DNA of 58,574 nt, taken from contig CAYMZD010000002.1 in assembly GCA_964394855.1 (NCBI GenBank), positions 1 through 58,574 on the forward strand. Direction: 5' to 3'. The notes under the pieces were generated by a model, which searched no databases, was not told the origin of the DNA, and worked only from the letters and a program-made list of their open reading frames with translations. The DNA is from an uncultured Gammaproteobacteria bacterium (GTDB lineage Bacteria > Patescibacteriota > Microgenomatia > Daviesbacterales > UBA10151). Shown here one piece after another: positions 9,076-18,444 of this stretch (position 1 is its first letter; the number at the start of each line of letters is the position of its first letter). Both the position numbers and the translations under genes were made by a program.

Positions 9076-9316
9076 AAATGATTTTATCTATTTCAGATAA
9101 CTCTCCCATAGGCTTTGGTTTTACCTTTTTGCTTATTTCAGATAATTTCAAAGTAGGAACTTTTTCAGGAAAGGTTAACTCTAATTTGGTAGACAAATCT
9201 CTTATCAAATAGTTAATATACTCATTTGCACTCATACCTAGCTCTGCAGCAGTAGTTTTGACTTGAAGCCAGTCTATCTCGTCTATTCGCAAATTGGTAA
9301 CAATCTTTTTGGCCAT
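9065..9316 (-). CDS. Putative antitoxin (ribbon-helix-helix-like)
   Basis: Small gene overlapping vapC; TNLRID..A.ELGMSANEYI pattern. Confidence 0.75.
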   Translation of the reverse strand: MAKKIVTNLRIDEIDWLQVKTTAAELGMSANEYINYLIRDLSTKLELTFPEKVPTLKLSEISKKVKPKPMGELSEIDKIIYEE

Positions 9317-9318
9317 TT

Positions 9319-9354
9319 CATACTAAATATACTATATTATGTTTAGTATGTCAA
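9319..9354 (-). promoter_or_regulatory. TA promoter with inverted-repeat operator
   Basis: TTGACA, 17 nt, TATATT on the minus strand; CATACTAAA-N14-TTTAGTATG inverted repeat overlapping it. Confidence 0.75.
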
Positions 9355-9368
9355 GCGCCTACTGGGTC

Positions 9369-9809
9369 TTAAGTTTTTCCCCTTAGTTCCTGTTCTATAC
9401 GGCGGGCATGGTCGCGTTCTTTTAAAACTCTCCTTTTGTCAAATTCTTTTTTACTCTTGCCCAAACCAATATCTACTTTGAATCTGTTATTTTTTTCATA
9501 TAGGGAAACAGGTACCAAAGTCACTCCTTTACCTGAAGTTTTACCGATTAAACTCATAATTTGCGCTTTATGAAGTAACAGTTTTCTTAAGCGAGTTGGG
9601 TCATAAGCTTTTTGAGAACTTTCCGCATATCTGGGGATATTGACATTAATAAGATAAGCTTCTCCATTTAAAACCCGCACATAAGACTCCCCTAAATCTA
9701 TCCTGCCAGCTCTTATTGATTTAACTTCGCTACCGGATAAAACAATTCCCGATTCTAAATGTTCCAGGATATGGTAATTGTGTAGGGCTTTTTTGTTTAA
9801 AATTTTCAC
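9369..9809 (-). CDS. smpB: SsrA-binding protein
   Basis: NKKA.HNY.I, GIVL.G.EVKSIR, R.RKLLLHK, G.GK..FDKR. Confidence 0.97.
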   Translation of the reverse strand: MKILNKKALHNYHILEHLESGIVLSGSEVKSIRAGRIDLGESYVRVLNGEAYLINVNIPRYAESSQKAYDPTRLRKLLLHKAQIMSLIGKTSGKGVTLVPVSLYEKNNRFKVDIGLGKSKKEFDKRRVLKERDHARRIEQELRGKT

Positions 9810-11590
9810 TTCAAATCCATTGTAAATATTTTGTTCCCATCCAGCAAATATACTTTTTTAATCTTCTCATCTACCACCAGATCCAAGACTGTAGCAAATT
9901 TATCACCCAGATACTGCTGTTTATAAGCTCCCACTTTAGTTAAAACCAAAAGGCGAGAGTTGCCTGAATCTAAAACATAGAGGTTATCTACCTCTGATGA
10001 GGTGAAAAAGCCCTTAGGGTCTTTGATACCCTTATCCAAACCGCCAATAGAGAAAAAGTCCGCCGTCCCTTTGGTAAAACGCAAGATTTCTCCTCCTATC
10101 TTTAATACATAAATTGAGGACTCAATCTGCATTCTTTTGGCCCCTGCCAAGTTGGCCTTAACCTCTTTTTGTAAGTATTCTCTTTTATCAGAATAGCCAC
10201 CAGTTATTGGTAGGTACTTCCAAATCTGATTGCCTTTAGCATCCAACAAATAGATATTACCGGCAAAGCCATATAAATCAACTACCTCGCCCCAATCTTT
10301 ATCTAGTTTGGCAGCAGCAGAGGCTGTTTTACTGTCAACATTAACGACTAATACCCCCTTGTCAACTGAATAAATAAAGGCTAAATTACCATTTAAAGTG
10401 GCAAATTTGGCCTCACCTAATTTTTCCTTACCCGCCAAAATTTGGTGGTTTTTTTTATCTTTATCAATTAACACCAAAGTCTGATCGTTGGAATTCAAGA
10501 GTAACAGCTTTCCTGCTGATAAGCTGACATAATCAGCCTTAAAACCGTTCTTTATTAAGTTCAAATCCAAATATAAGTCAAATTTGGTATTTTCATATTT
10601 TTGAGAGACACTACCTTGACTGCCTTCGATTTGAGCTTGCAAGGCATTGGCTTTTTGATCATTTGGTTTTAAAGACAGGGCCTTTTTTAAGTTTTCCTTG
10701 GCGCTTCCAAGTTTTTGGCCAGCATCAGCAGGATTAACATCTGCCAAACCTTGGGCAGCAGCGAAATCATCACTGGCTCGTTGCATAGCCTCATTAAATT
10801 GGCGGTTAACCTCCTCATTTTTGCTGCTTTGATATTTTAGACCAGTACCCGCTGCTAAAATGGCTATTAGGACCAAAGCCACTATCAGTTTAGCTCTACT
10901 GCTTTTGGGGAAAAATCTTTTTATCAGGAGGCTTAAATCTGAAAGTGACAAAGTTAACCTTGGTAAAACTTTTTTCTCTTCAGCTTCTTCTGCTGTGTGC
11001 GGAATGAGTATTTGCTCTTCCCCCTCAACATCTAAGACGATGGCGGCCAGCTCCTCTGGTGAACCCAAGTTAATTTTATTGGCCACCTCTTCTTCCCACT
11101 GCAGTATGGGTAGTTCTAAAGAATTTTTTAATTCTTCTCCTAAAAATAAAGTAAAGCTTTGAGTTGATAAAAGTATTCTATCTCCTTCTTGTAAAAATCC
11201 CGAGACCAGCTGGCCGCTGCTGTGCTGAAAAAGCAAAGATAAATGATCAATTCTGCGCAGATAAGCTACTATTTCACCTTGACCAATAAGGTACAAGACT
11301 TTACCCACTACAGCTCCCAAAAGCAGGGAAAAATTAGTGGTATCTTGCAGTTTTTGCTGACCTTCTTGAAAAACACCAGTTAACCTCTCACCCACCCCGT
11401 TTCCATTTGGCTCAAAATATAAATCAGATAGCTCTGACAAAAGTTGTCTGCCCCTGGTAAAAGCATCATCCGAGGTTAGCTTTAAAACGGCCAAAAAGAT
11501 ATTTTCTCCGTCTGGAGGAGAAGCTAAAACCAGGGCAGCTTGCTGATCTGAATTTAATCCTAAAGCCTTAGCTATTTTAAAAACCATCAC
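9806..11590 (-). CDS. Membrane-anchored protein: PP2C-like N-terminus, TM helix, beta-propeller (NHL-like) C-terminus
   Basis: GDRILLST segment, central TM, repeated NLYVLD/NIYLLD blades. Confidence 0.65.
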   Translation of the reverse strand: MMVFKIAKALGLNSDQQAALVLASPPDGENIFLAVLKLTSDDAFTRGRQLLSELSDLYFEPNGNGVGERLTGVFQEGQQKLQDTTNFSLLLGAVVGKVLYLIGQGEIVAYLRRIDHLSLLFQHSSGQLVSGFLQEGDRILLSTQSFTLFLGEELKNSLELPILQWEEEVANKINLGSPEELAAIVLDVEGEEQILIPHTAEEAEEKKVLPRLTLSLSDLSLLIKRFFPKSSRAKLIVALVLIAILAAGTGLKYQSSKNEEVNRQFNEAMQRASDDFAAAQGLADVNPADAGQKLGSAKENLKKALSLKPNDQKANALQAQIEGSQGSVSQKYENTKFDLYLDLNLIKNGFKADYVSLSAGKLLLLNSNDQTLVLIDKDKKNHQILAGKEKLGEAKFATLNGNLAFIYSVDKGVLVVNVDSKTASAAAKLDKDWGEVVDLYGFAGNIYLLDAKGNQIWKYLPITGGYSDKREYLQKEVKANLAGAKRMQIESSIYVLKIGGEILRFTKGTADFFSIGGLDKGIKDPKGFFTSSEVDNLYVLDSGNSRLLVLTKVGAYKQQYLGDKFATVLDLVVDEKIKKVYLLDGNKIFTMDLK

Positions 11591-11817
11591 AAAATCCCAT
11601 ACACCAAAAAGATAAAGCCAATGGCAAAGCCGGCATGAATAATGGCCACAGCCTTAAAAATAGGCGATATGTTGGTGATTAAAACTTGACTCATTAAACT
11701 GACTTGACGGATAATCAATAAGGCAAATATAGCGTAAAACGCTAAAATTAGCAAAATAGCTAATTTGACAATTTCCAAAGACATGATAATTTCCAGTAGA
11801 TTGTTGGTAACCGGCAT
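11587..11817 (-). CDS. Small membrane protein, DUF5657-like
   Basis: FYAIFALLIIRQV.LM...H pattern with two TM segments. Confidence 0.65.
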   Translation of the reverse strand: MPVTNNLLEIIMSLEIVKLAILLILAFYAIFALLIIRQVSLMSQVLITNISPIFKAVAIIHAGFAIGFIFLVYGIL

Positions 11818-11822
11818 AATTT

Positions 11823-12374
11823 TTAGCTTCCTCCTTGAGCTTTATGAGCTTCATCCATAATAATATCAGCTACTCTATTGGGGTTGGGGACCCGGGGAAA
11901 ATCTATCTCCACCCTGGCCCCGGCAGTTTGCACCATCACATCGCCGAAATGGAAAATTACCCCCATTAACCCGGCTACCTTAGGATTGGCTTCTTGAACC
12001 GACGCCAGTAAGGTGATATCCATACCGCTAAAAAGAAGCGAGTGAAAATCAATATCAACCAGCTTTTTGTTAGTTAAGATATTAACATTAAAATACCAGC
12101 CCAAAAATCCCTCAAAAACAATCACCAAAACCAAAAGATAATTAATAATCAAAAAACTGCTCAAAAAAGTATCTGGCAAAGAAGTAAAAAGATTAAAACC
12201 TAAATACAGAGCCAGCTGGGGCAGAAAAAATGGTAGTAAAAAAACCAAAACTGCAGGAATGATCCAGGATAAATTAGTAATGGGATGAGCTCGAAGTAGC
12301 AAAATAATAACCTCATCACTGTCTTGACCTTGAAAACGGCAGTTTCGAGGGTTTTCCAGGTAGGATGGAAACAT
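11823..12374 (-). CDS. Membrane protein with bacterial PH domain
   Basis: LLLRAHP, two TM helices, ILTNKKLVDID, FHFGDV.VQTAG. Confidence 0.8.
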   Translation of the reverse strand: MFPSYLENPRNCRFQGQDSDEVIILLLRAHPITNLSWIIPAVLVFLLPFFLPQLALYLGFNLFTSLPDTFLSSFLIINYLLVLVIVFEGFLGWYFNVNILTNKKLVDIDFHSLLFSGMDITLLASVQEANPKVAGLMGVIFHFGDVMVQTAGARVEIDFPRVPNPNRVADIIMDEAHKAQGGS

Positions 12375-12386
12375 GAAGCTAGTATA

Positions 12387-14114
12387 CTACTTACGTTCCA
12401 TATTATAAAGTGGTCCCACTATTTGAATATTGGCCGGAGCGCGCAAATTAAAAAAGTTTTTAAACTCCGTGCCATTAAAGCTTATGTTACCTCCATCTCC
12501 CGAAACATTAATACTGGAAACCATACCAGAGGAAAAATCTGCTGAAATTGACATATCGGAAATACTACTAAAGGGTGTTCCTCCGCGGGAGCGAAGCTCT
12601 GATTTAACTTTTTCCCCGTCCCAAGTATCAGTACCGGCCGGATTGGGCTTATCTACCTGATATAAATGTTCTTTGGTTCCTCCGTCGGCTCTGGTGAGGA
12701 GGATTACATTAACTATATCGGCCAACTCCGAGGATTTGAGCCAAGCAGATTTACCATATTCGTTTCTATATCCTTGAGCCGCGTAAAAACAAGGCGAATC
12801 CTTATCATAGGCTTTAGATGACAGATCAGCAAAACTACCCACCTCCCCGCTGGTATCTTTGGTTCTTTTGGTCCAAGGACGAGAGCTCCAACCCACATCA
12901 GAGGAGCTATAAGTATATCCCCCGTCGGTTGATGAATACCAAGCAGTAATGGCTTGTCCCCCTGAAATCATAGTTTTGCCTTCGGTGGCTTTCACTGCCT
13001 GCTCCCAATTGCCTCCCTTGTTGCCTCCTTTATAAACTTGACAAGATTGAGAGGTACAAATTTCTTTAGATCCGCTGTCCGTATATGAAAGAGCATAAGA
13101 GCGGGCGGCAATGGCTTGGGCTTTTAAAGCTTCCATCGGGAAAGAATCCGGCATTTCATAAATTCCCAGAAGATAAGTTTCCAGGGGCATTCCCCCATAT
13201 CCTTGTACGGAAATATTAATATTTGATTTTGTTTCAAAAGAAAAATTATCAAAATAGGCCCGCAAAATATCTTCATGCGATTGTCCTATCTTTGCCCTGC
13301 CATATGCTCCATATTGATTCATACCCACCCGATGGGGAATGCCAAAGGTAAAAAAGGCAAAAGCTGGAGAAAACCCGGGATTTAAATTTCGATCATCTGT
13401 GCAAAACAGTGGCCCTGCACCCAAAGAAGTGGGCAAATTTAAAGACCCCAGTTTCTGGGCGATAATTTGTTGCTGCTTGGCAGACAGTTGGGCAATCTTA
13501 GAAGAAAGTTCAGCCTGATAGGCTTTAGCTTTGCTGACCTCGCCACCTAAAAAGGTGGCGTTCTTGTCGACTTGCGACTGCAGCAAAGCCAAGCTCTGCT
13601 TATCTTTTTCCAACTTTTCTTTTTGGGTTAATAAATCTTTAATTTCTTCAGTGATAGAGATGATAAATTGACGGTCTTTGATACTTTCATTTTGGCGAAA
13701 AGCAAGCTCCCTAAATAAATCCCCAGGATGAGCAGAGGATAAAATCACCAAAAAGGGGGAGGCCAAAAACGAGCGGATGTAATAGGATCTAACTCTAACC
13801 TCCAACAACGCCTGCTGTCTAACTACCCTTTCTTCACGAAGCTCCAGCGCTTTTTCTTTTTGAGAAATTTTGGCAGATAAATTATCCAGTTGGGATTGAA
13901 TTTGAGCCAATTGGCGCTTGAGGGAGGACAACTGGCCCTCTAGCGGTTTAGTGGCCTTAACAGATAACTCTCGCGCCTTGGCCAGTTCATCAATCTGCTT
14001 TTGTAAATCTTCTATCTCGTCCGCATTAATGGGAAGAGATAAAAATACCAAGCTTAAAACTAGCACCAAAAAAACCATTCCCAGTTTGGAGATCATACCT
14101 TGAAATTGTACCAT
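12387..14114 (-). CDS. Coiled-coil plus SpoIID/LytB domain cell-wall hydrolase
   Basis: Signal peptide, long coiled coil, HRVGMNQYGA, YEMP.SFPMEALKAQAIAARSY, CQVY. Confidence 0.88.
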   Translation of the reverse strand: MVQFQGMISKLGMVFLVLVLSLVFLSLPINADEIEDLQKQIDELAKARELSVKATKPLEGQLSSLKRQLAQIQSQLDNLSAKISQKEKALELREERVVRQQALLEVRVRSYYIRSFLASPFLVILSSAHPGDLFRELAFRQNESIKDRQFIISITEEIKDLLTQKEKLEKDKQSLALLQSQVDKNATFLGGEVSKAKAYQAELSSKIAQLSAKQQQIIAQKLGSLNLPTSLGAGPLFCTDDRNLNPGFSPAFAFFTFGIPHRVGMNQYGAYGRAKIGQSHEDILRAYFDNFSFETKSNINISVQGYGGMPLETYLLGIYEMPDSFPMEALKAQAIAARSYALSYTDSGSKEICTSQSCQVYKGGNKGGNWEQAVKATEGKTMISGGQAITAWYSSTDGGYTYSSSDVGWSSRPWTKRTKDTSGEVGSFADLSSKAYDKDSPCFYAAQGYRNEYGKSAWLKSSELADIVNVILLTRADGGTKEHLYQVDKPNPAGTDTWDGEKVKSELRSRGGTPFSSISDMSISADFSSGMVSSINVSGDGGNISFNGTEFKNFFNLRAPANIQIVGPLYNMERK

Positions 14115-14136
14115 AGCATGGTATAAGCTAGAAATA

Positions 14137-14964
14137 ATGCTTACTGCCTTAAAAAGACTTACCCTGTTGGTATTTTTTTTGATAATCGCTTGCTTTGCTC
14201 TAGCAGAGGGAAATATTGTTTTAGGCAGAACCGAACTGGAGATAAGTGGGGATTTTGATCAACCATTCCCTCCCTACAGAATCCAAATTGGTAAAACCAT
14301 CACTCTTTCTGTCACTGATAGCTCGTGTAATCAACCAGCTACTTTAAGCTATGTGGCACTGCCCACGTCTCAACAAATCACCCTGCAGTCTCAAAGTTTA
14401 AATGTACCAGCAGAGGGATTATTAAAGTTCATCCCTGTAATTGGTGCTATTCCCAACCTGTTTAAAATATTCAACGTTTCGGGAACTAGCGCAGATATGA
14501 CGCCTACCGAACCCGGAGGTTATTATCTCTATGCTCAATGCGGCAGCTCTGGTAAAGCTGATAAAATAGATATCAAGTTTGTCAGTGTATATGATCCCAA
14601 CCCTCTACTGCCGCCTTCCCCGGTCAGTTCTTCACCGCCTGTTTCAGGGGGCGGCTTTTGCAATGCTGGTGGGGGAGTAGACAACGGCATTGATACTGCC
14701 ATAGGTTGTGTGCCAACCGATCTAACAGGCCTGATTCATGCTTTTTTGAGGTTAGCCACTGGCATAGCAGGCGGAATCGCCTTTATACTAATGGTCGCCG
14801 GTGCCTTCCAAATGATTACCTCAAGCGGTGACCCAGATACCCTTAAAAAGGGTCAGGATATGTTTAAATCTGCTGTTATTGGACTTTTGTTTATTATCTT
14901 TGCCGTACTATTGCTGCAAATTATTGGAGTTGATATACTGCAAATACCAGGATTTCAACGATGA
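14137..14964 (+). CDS. VirB2/TrbC-like pilin with large N-terminal extension
   Basis: C-terminal AG..MITS.GDP...KKG...SAVIGLL pilin motif, preceded by an exported beta-rich region. Confidence 0.75.
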   Translation: MLTALKRLTLLVFFLIIACFALAEGNIVLGRTELEISGDFDQPFPPYRIQIGKTITLSVTDSSCNQPATLSYVALPTSQQITLQSQSLNVPAEGLLKFIPVIGAIPNLFKIFNVSGTSADMTPTEPGGYYLYAQCGSSGKADKIDIKFVSVYDPNPLLPPSPVSSSPPVSGGGFCNAGGGVDNGIDTAIGCVPTDLTGLIHAFLRLATGIAGGIAFILMVAGAFQMITSSGDPDTLKKGQDMFKSAVIGLLFIIFAVLLLQIIGVDILQIPGFQR

Positions 14965-15275
14965 AAACTTTAAGCTTACAACTACCTGGTGGTCAAACTA
15001 TCACAAGCCCTCAAACAAAATTTAGCGATTTAGGTAGTTTTATTTCCGGCCTTTATGAAATCGTCTTTTATTTAGCTATATTCTTGGCTTTCTTCTGGCT
15101 GGTATGGGGAGCGTTTCAATATATCGTAGCCGGCGGCAACAAAGAAAACTTGGCCAAAGCTAGCGCCAGAATAACCTGGGCTATTGTGGGTTTACTGCTA
15201 GTGGCTGTTGCTTTTTTAATAGCTCAATTCGTGGGACAAGTATTACAGCCAAAAATATCAACACCAATCATATGA
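14961..15275 (+). CDS. VirB2/TrbC-like pilin
   Basis: WGAFQYI.AGGNKE...A.ARITWAIVGL. Confidence 0.8.
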   Translation: MKTLSLQLPGGQTITSPQTKFSDLGSFISGLYEIVFYLAIFLAFFWLVWGAFQYIVAGGNKENLAKASARITWAIVGLLLVAVAFLIAQFVGQVLQPKISTPII

Positions 15276-15583
15276 GAAAATTAACCATAACGTTGGCAGC
15301 GGTAGATATTGGACAAAGTTATGCTTTTGGTGATGTCTTGACTTTGGGTGAGGGCGTTCAAAGACTGGTGGCTCCCACCTTTTCCATCGCGGCAGCGGTG
15401 GTGGTGATATATTTTTTAATCGGGGCTTTTAAATATTTAACTTCTGGGGGGGATAAAGAGGCTATTGGTGGAGCTTACAGGATGATAACTCATGCCGTCA
15501 TTGGTTTTGTGATTTTAATATTTGCCTTTTTAATTTTACAGTTTATTCCACAAGCCTTTGGTATTAGATTTTCCATATTTTAA
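15272..15583 (+). CDS. VirB2/TrbC-like pilin
   Basis: GAFKYLTSGGDKE..A..MIT.AVIGF. Confidence 0.8.
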   Translation: MRKLTITLAAVDIGQSYAFGDVLTLGEGVQRLVAPTFSIAAAVVVIYFLIGAFKYLTSGGDKEAIGGAYRMITHAVIGFVILIFAFLILQFIPQAFGIRFSIF

Positions 15584-15585
15584 AT

Positions 15586-16062
15586 ATGAAAAAATTGCTT
15601 TTGACACTTACTTTAATTTTAATCTTAACCCCTGGTTTGAGTTTGGCTGCTTCGTATGGTGATCAGTGCACTAAACCCAGTGACTGCCCTAGTGATTCTG
15701 TTTGTCAACCATCTAAAGCAGATGCTAATATCTTTCTGTGTAGTCCATCCCTGCCCACCCCGGTGAGTGTTTTTGGGAAAATTATCCCCCCTCAAGCAGT
15801 AGAGGATTTAGGTATTGGGGGGACTGGCATCAGTCAATTTTTAAGTAATCTGGTAAAACTGATCTACATTGTTGCCACTATTGTATTTATCTTGATGATT
15901 GTGTGGGGAGCTTTTGAATGGCTAGTTTCCGGCGGAGATAAAGATAAGGTAGCCTCTGCTCAAAGAAGGCTCACCAACGCCTTTATAGGAATAGTTCTTT
16001 TTGCGGTGGCTTTTGCTATTTTGAAAGTGGTGGGGACATTTACTGGCTTTAACTTCTTTTAA
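15586..16062 (+). CDS. VirB2/TrbC-like pilin with Cys-rich N-terminal module
   Basis: C.KPSDCPSDSVC..C, then WGAFEWLVSGGDKD..AQ.RLTNAFIG. Confidence 0.8.
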   Translation: MKKLLLTLTLILILTPGLSLAASYGDQCTKPSDCPSDSVCQPSKADANIFLCSPSLPTPVSVFGKIIPPQAVEDLGIGGTGISQFLSNLVKLIYIVATIVFILMIVWGAFEWLVSGGDKDKVASAQRRLTNAFIGIVLFAVAFAILKVVGTFTGFNFF

Positions 16063-16072
16063 ATTATGCCAC

Positions 16073-16110
16073 TTGACAAGCTGCAGGGAATTTTCCTATG
16101 ATGAAAGGAG
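16073..16110 (+). promoter_or_regulatory. Internal sigma70 promoter and SD in the pilin array
   Basis: TTGACA, 18 nt, TATGAT, then AGGAG before ATG 16114. Confidence 0.6.
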
Positions 16111-16113
16111 AAT

Positions 16114-16428
16114 ATGAATCCCAGCAACATCACCATCACTCCTCCTCCACAAGGGTACAAGGATTTTGGCAACTTTCTTTCTAATCTCTTGACTCTGGCT
16201 TTTATCTTGGCCATTATTATTGTGCTTTTTATGTTAGTTTGGGGAGCAATTCAATGGATTTTATCTGGTGGTGATAAGGATGCAGTCAAATCAGCCCGCG
16301 AGCGAATTATCCATGCCTTGGTTGGTTTTGCTATTTTGGCAGTGGCTTTTGCTATAGCCAAGTTGGCTGGTACTTTTCTTGGTTTCCAAGATATCTTTAA
16401 TTTCACTATTCCCTCTCCTTCTCCATAA
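16114..16428 (+). CDS. VirB2/TrbC-like pilin
   Basis: WGAIQWILSGGDKD..A.ERIIHALVGF. Confidence 0.8.
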   Translation: MNPSNITITPPPQGYKDFGNFLSNLLTLAFILAIIIVLFMLVWGAIQWILSGGDKDAVKSARERIIHALVGFAILAVAFAIAKLAGTFLGFQDIFNFTIPSPSP

Positions 16429-16442
16429 GCTACTTATAAGAT

Positions 16443-16733
16443 ATGTCTCCAGACCCCGCCGGTTTAACTCAAATTGAAAAGATATTTGAAAATATCATCT
16501 CTTCCTCTGTAGCTTTAGCATTTATCGCTTTAGTGGTCATACTGGTATGGGCTGGAATGAAATTTTTAACTTCTGGGGGGGAGGCTAAAGCCATTCAATC
16601 TGCTCAACAAACTGTGACTTGGGCCATTTTGGGGATGGTTTTTTTGGTGGTGGCTTGGCTTATTTTACTGCTAATTAAAGCTTTTACTGGTATAGACGTG
16701 ACCCAATTTTGTATTAGTCTTGACGGCTGTTAA
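16443..16733 (+). CDS. VirB2/TrbC-like pilin
   Basis: WAGMKFLTSGGEAK..AQQTVTWAILG. Confidence 0.8.
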   Translation: MSPDPAGLTQIEKIFENIISSSVALAFIALVVILVWAGMKFLTSGGEAKAIQSAQQTVTWAILGMVFLVVAWLILLLIKAFTGIDVTQFCISLDGC

Positions 16734-16782
16734 GCAGACACAATGTTGCAAAAGGTAGTTGATTTGATTTAAGCTTAAAGTT

Positions 16783-18441
16783 ATGCCGTCTGCCAAGACA
16801 ATTTTTTCCGCTTTGGGTGTGGGGTTGTTTCTTTTATTAACACCTGCTCCTGCGCTGGCGCAAAGTTTAAACCCCGTCGCTACACCGGCAGGGGCACTGA
16901 CCACTGATACACTGACAGTCAACTTAGCTCATACTCTAAGCTGTTTAACAGAAGGGAAGGCTATTGATAGAAAACCCTGCTTTGAGAATTTAGATAACCC
17001 ATTGGGGGCTACTACTAATATACCTTCAGTCGGCGCTATTGGTATTTCCCAATACTTGACTATGGAGCTTTTTGCCAATCCACCCATTAGTACTGTTCAT
17101 TATTTAGCCAACATTCAGCAAACCCTAGGCATTATTAATCCGGCTTTTGCCCAAGTCAGCGGTACAGGCGGGCAGGTAGTGGCACCGGTATTAAATCTAT
17201 GGGTACTACTGCGGAATTTGGCTTATGTGGTGATGATTATTCTTTTTGTGGTCATTGGTTTTATGATTATGTTAAGAAAACACATCAATCCCCAAACCGT
17301 GATTAGTGTCCAAAATGCCCTGCCAGGGTTGGTGGTGGGACTGATACTCATTACTTTTAGTTATTTTTTTGCTGCTTTAATCATCGATGGCTCTTTTGTG
17401 GTCACTAATGTGGTGGGGAAAATACTGGAGGCATCTGATCCATCTGGCCGCAGCTCAATACTTCCACCTGGTACTACCACCAGAGTTTTAGAAAACGAAA
17501 ATGTCTTAACTATTTTTAATTCATTCCTGGGCTATCAAGGGGCAGAGCCTAGTATTAGTGCTGTTTCTAAAACTCTTAATTTTATCAACCAGGGCTTAGT
17601 CCAGCAAATCGTTGATGGTGTTTTGGTGGCAGTGGGTTGCGGCTGGGGTTATACTGTGGGTAGAGCAGTGGTGCCTGATAATGTTATAATATTGGGTCAT
17701 AGCTTGGGTACTCTGACAAGTATCATTGCCGGAGGTATTGGTTGTGCAGCTTCTGCCATCACCCTGGTGGCTAGCAAAGGTATTATCTTGGGGCTCATTC
17801 TATATGTGGTTTTAATTATTGCCTTACTGATAGCAATGTTTAAACTACTTTTTAGTTTGATCGGGGCCTATATTTCAGTGATAGTCTTAACTATCACCGC
17901 CCCTTTGTACTTTCTGATAGGTTCTTTTCCAGGTAAGGGTAACTTGGTGGGTGAGTGGATCAAATCCATGGTAGCTAATGTGTTGATATTTCCGGCAGTT
18001 TTTTTGGTGTTCTTATTTGCCGCCTATATGGGCTCTACCCCCGGCAATGACATGGCTGATGTTTTTAGGGGAGTAAATGGTGCTGGCACGTTTAATGCTA
18101 ACTTCACCTTGCCTTTATTTGGTGGGTTTCCGGTTGATTTAGTCAGGTTGTTACTGGCTTATGGCATATTATTGGCCCTGCCAGCAGTACCTGATGCAGT
18201 CAGAAAAATGTTTAATGTCCAAGGTTTGGGCGCTTTTGCTGAAACAGCCATGGGAACATTCAGTGGTGGGGCGGCGGGTGGAGCTGATCTGGCTAAAGGT
18301 GGTAAAGGGCTAACTCAATGGGCCTACAACCAACCAGGGTTCAACGCCAGGATAAATACGGCTAGGGGTTTCACCAGAGATTTATTTGGAAGAATCAGAG
18401 GAATAAGACCATTGGGCTGGCTACCAAAGCCAAAACCATAA
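16783..18441 (+). CDS. VirB6-like polytopic membrane protein
   Basis: Multiple TM segments, W..LRNLAYV, ILITFSYF, AP.YF..GSFPG; position in the T4SS cluster. Confidence 0.7.
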   Translation: MPSAKTIFSALGVGLFLLLTPAPALAQSLNPVATPAGALTTDTLTVNLAHTLSCLTEGKAIDRKPCFENLDNPLGATTNIPSVGAIGISQYLTMELFANPPISTVHYLANIQQTLGIINPAFAQVSGTGGQVVAPVLNLWVLLRNLAYVVMIILFVVIGFMIMLRKHINPQTVISVQNALPGLVVGLILITFSYFFAALIIDGSFVVTNVVGKILEASDPSGRSSILPPGTTTRVLENENVLTIFNSFLGYQGAEPSISAVSKTLNFINQGLVQQIVDGVLVAVGCGWGYTVGRAVVPDNVIILGHSLGTLTSIIAGGIGCAASAITLVASKGIILGLILYVVLIIALLIAMFKLLFSLIGAYISVIVLTITAPLYFLIGSFPGKGNLVGEWIKSMVANVLIFPAVFLVFLFAAYMGSTPGNDMADVFRGVNGAGTFNANFTLPLFGGFPVDLVRLLLAYGILLALPAVPDAVRKMFNVQGLGAFAETAMGTFSGGAAGGADLAKGGKGLTQWAYNQPGFNARINTARGFTRDLFGRIRGIRPLGWLPKPKP

Positions 18442-18444
18442 CCA

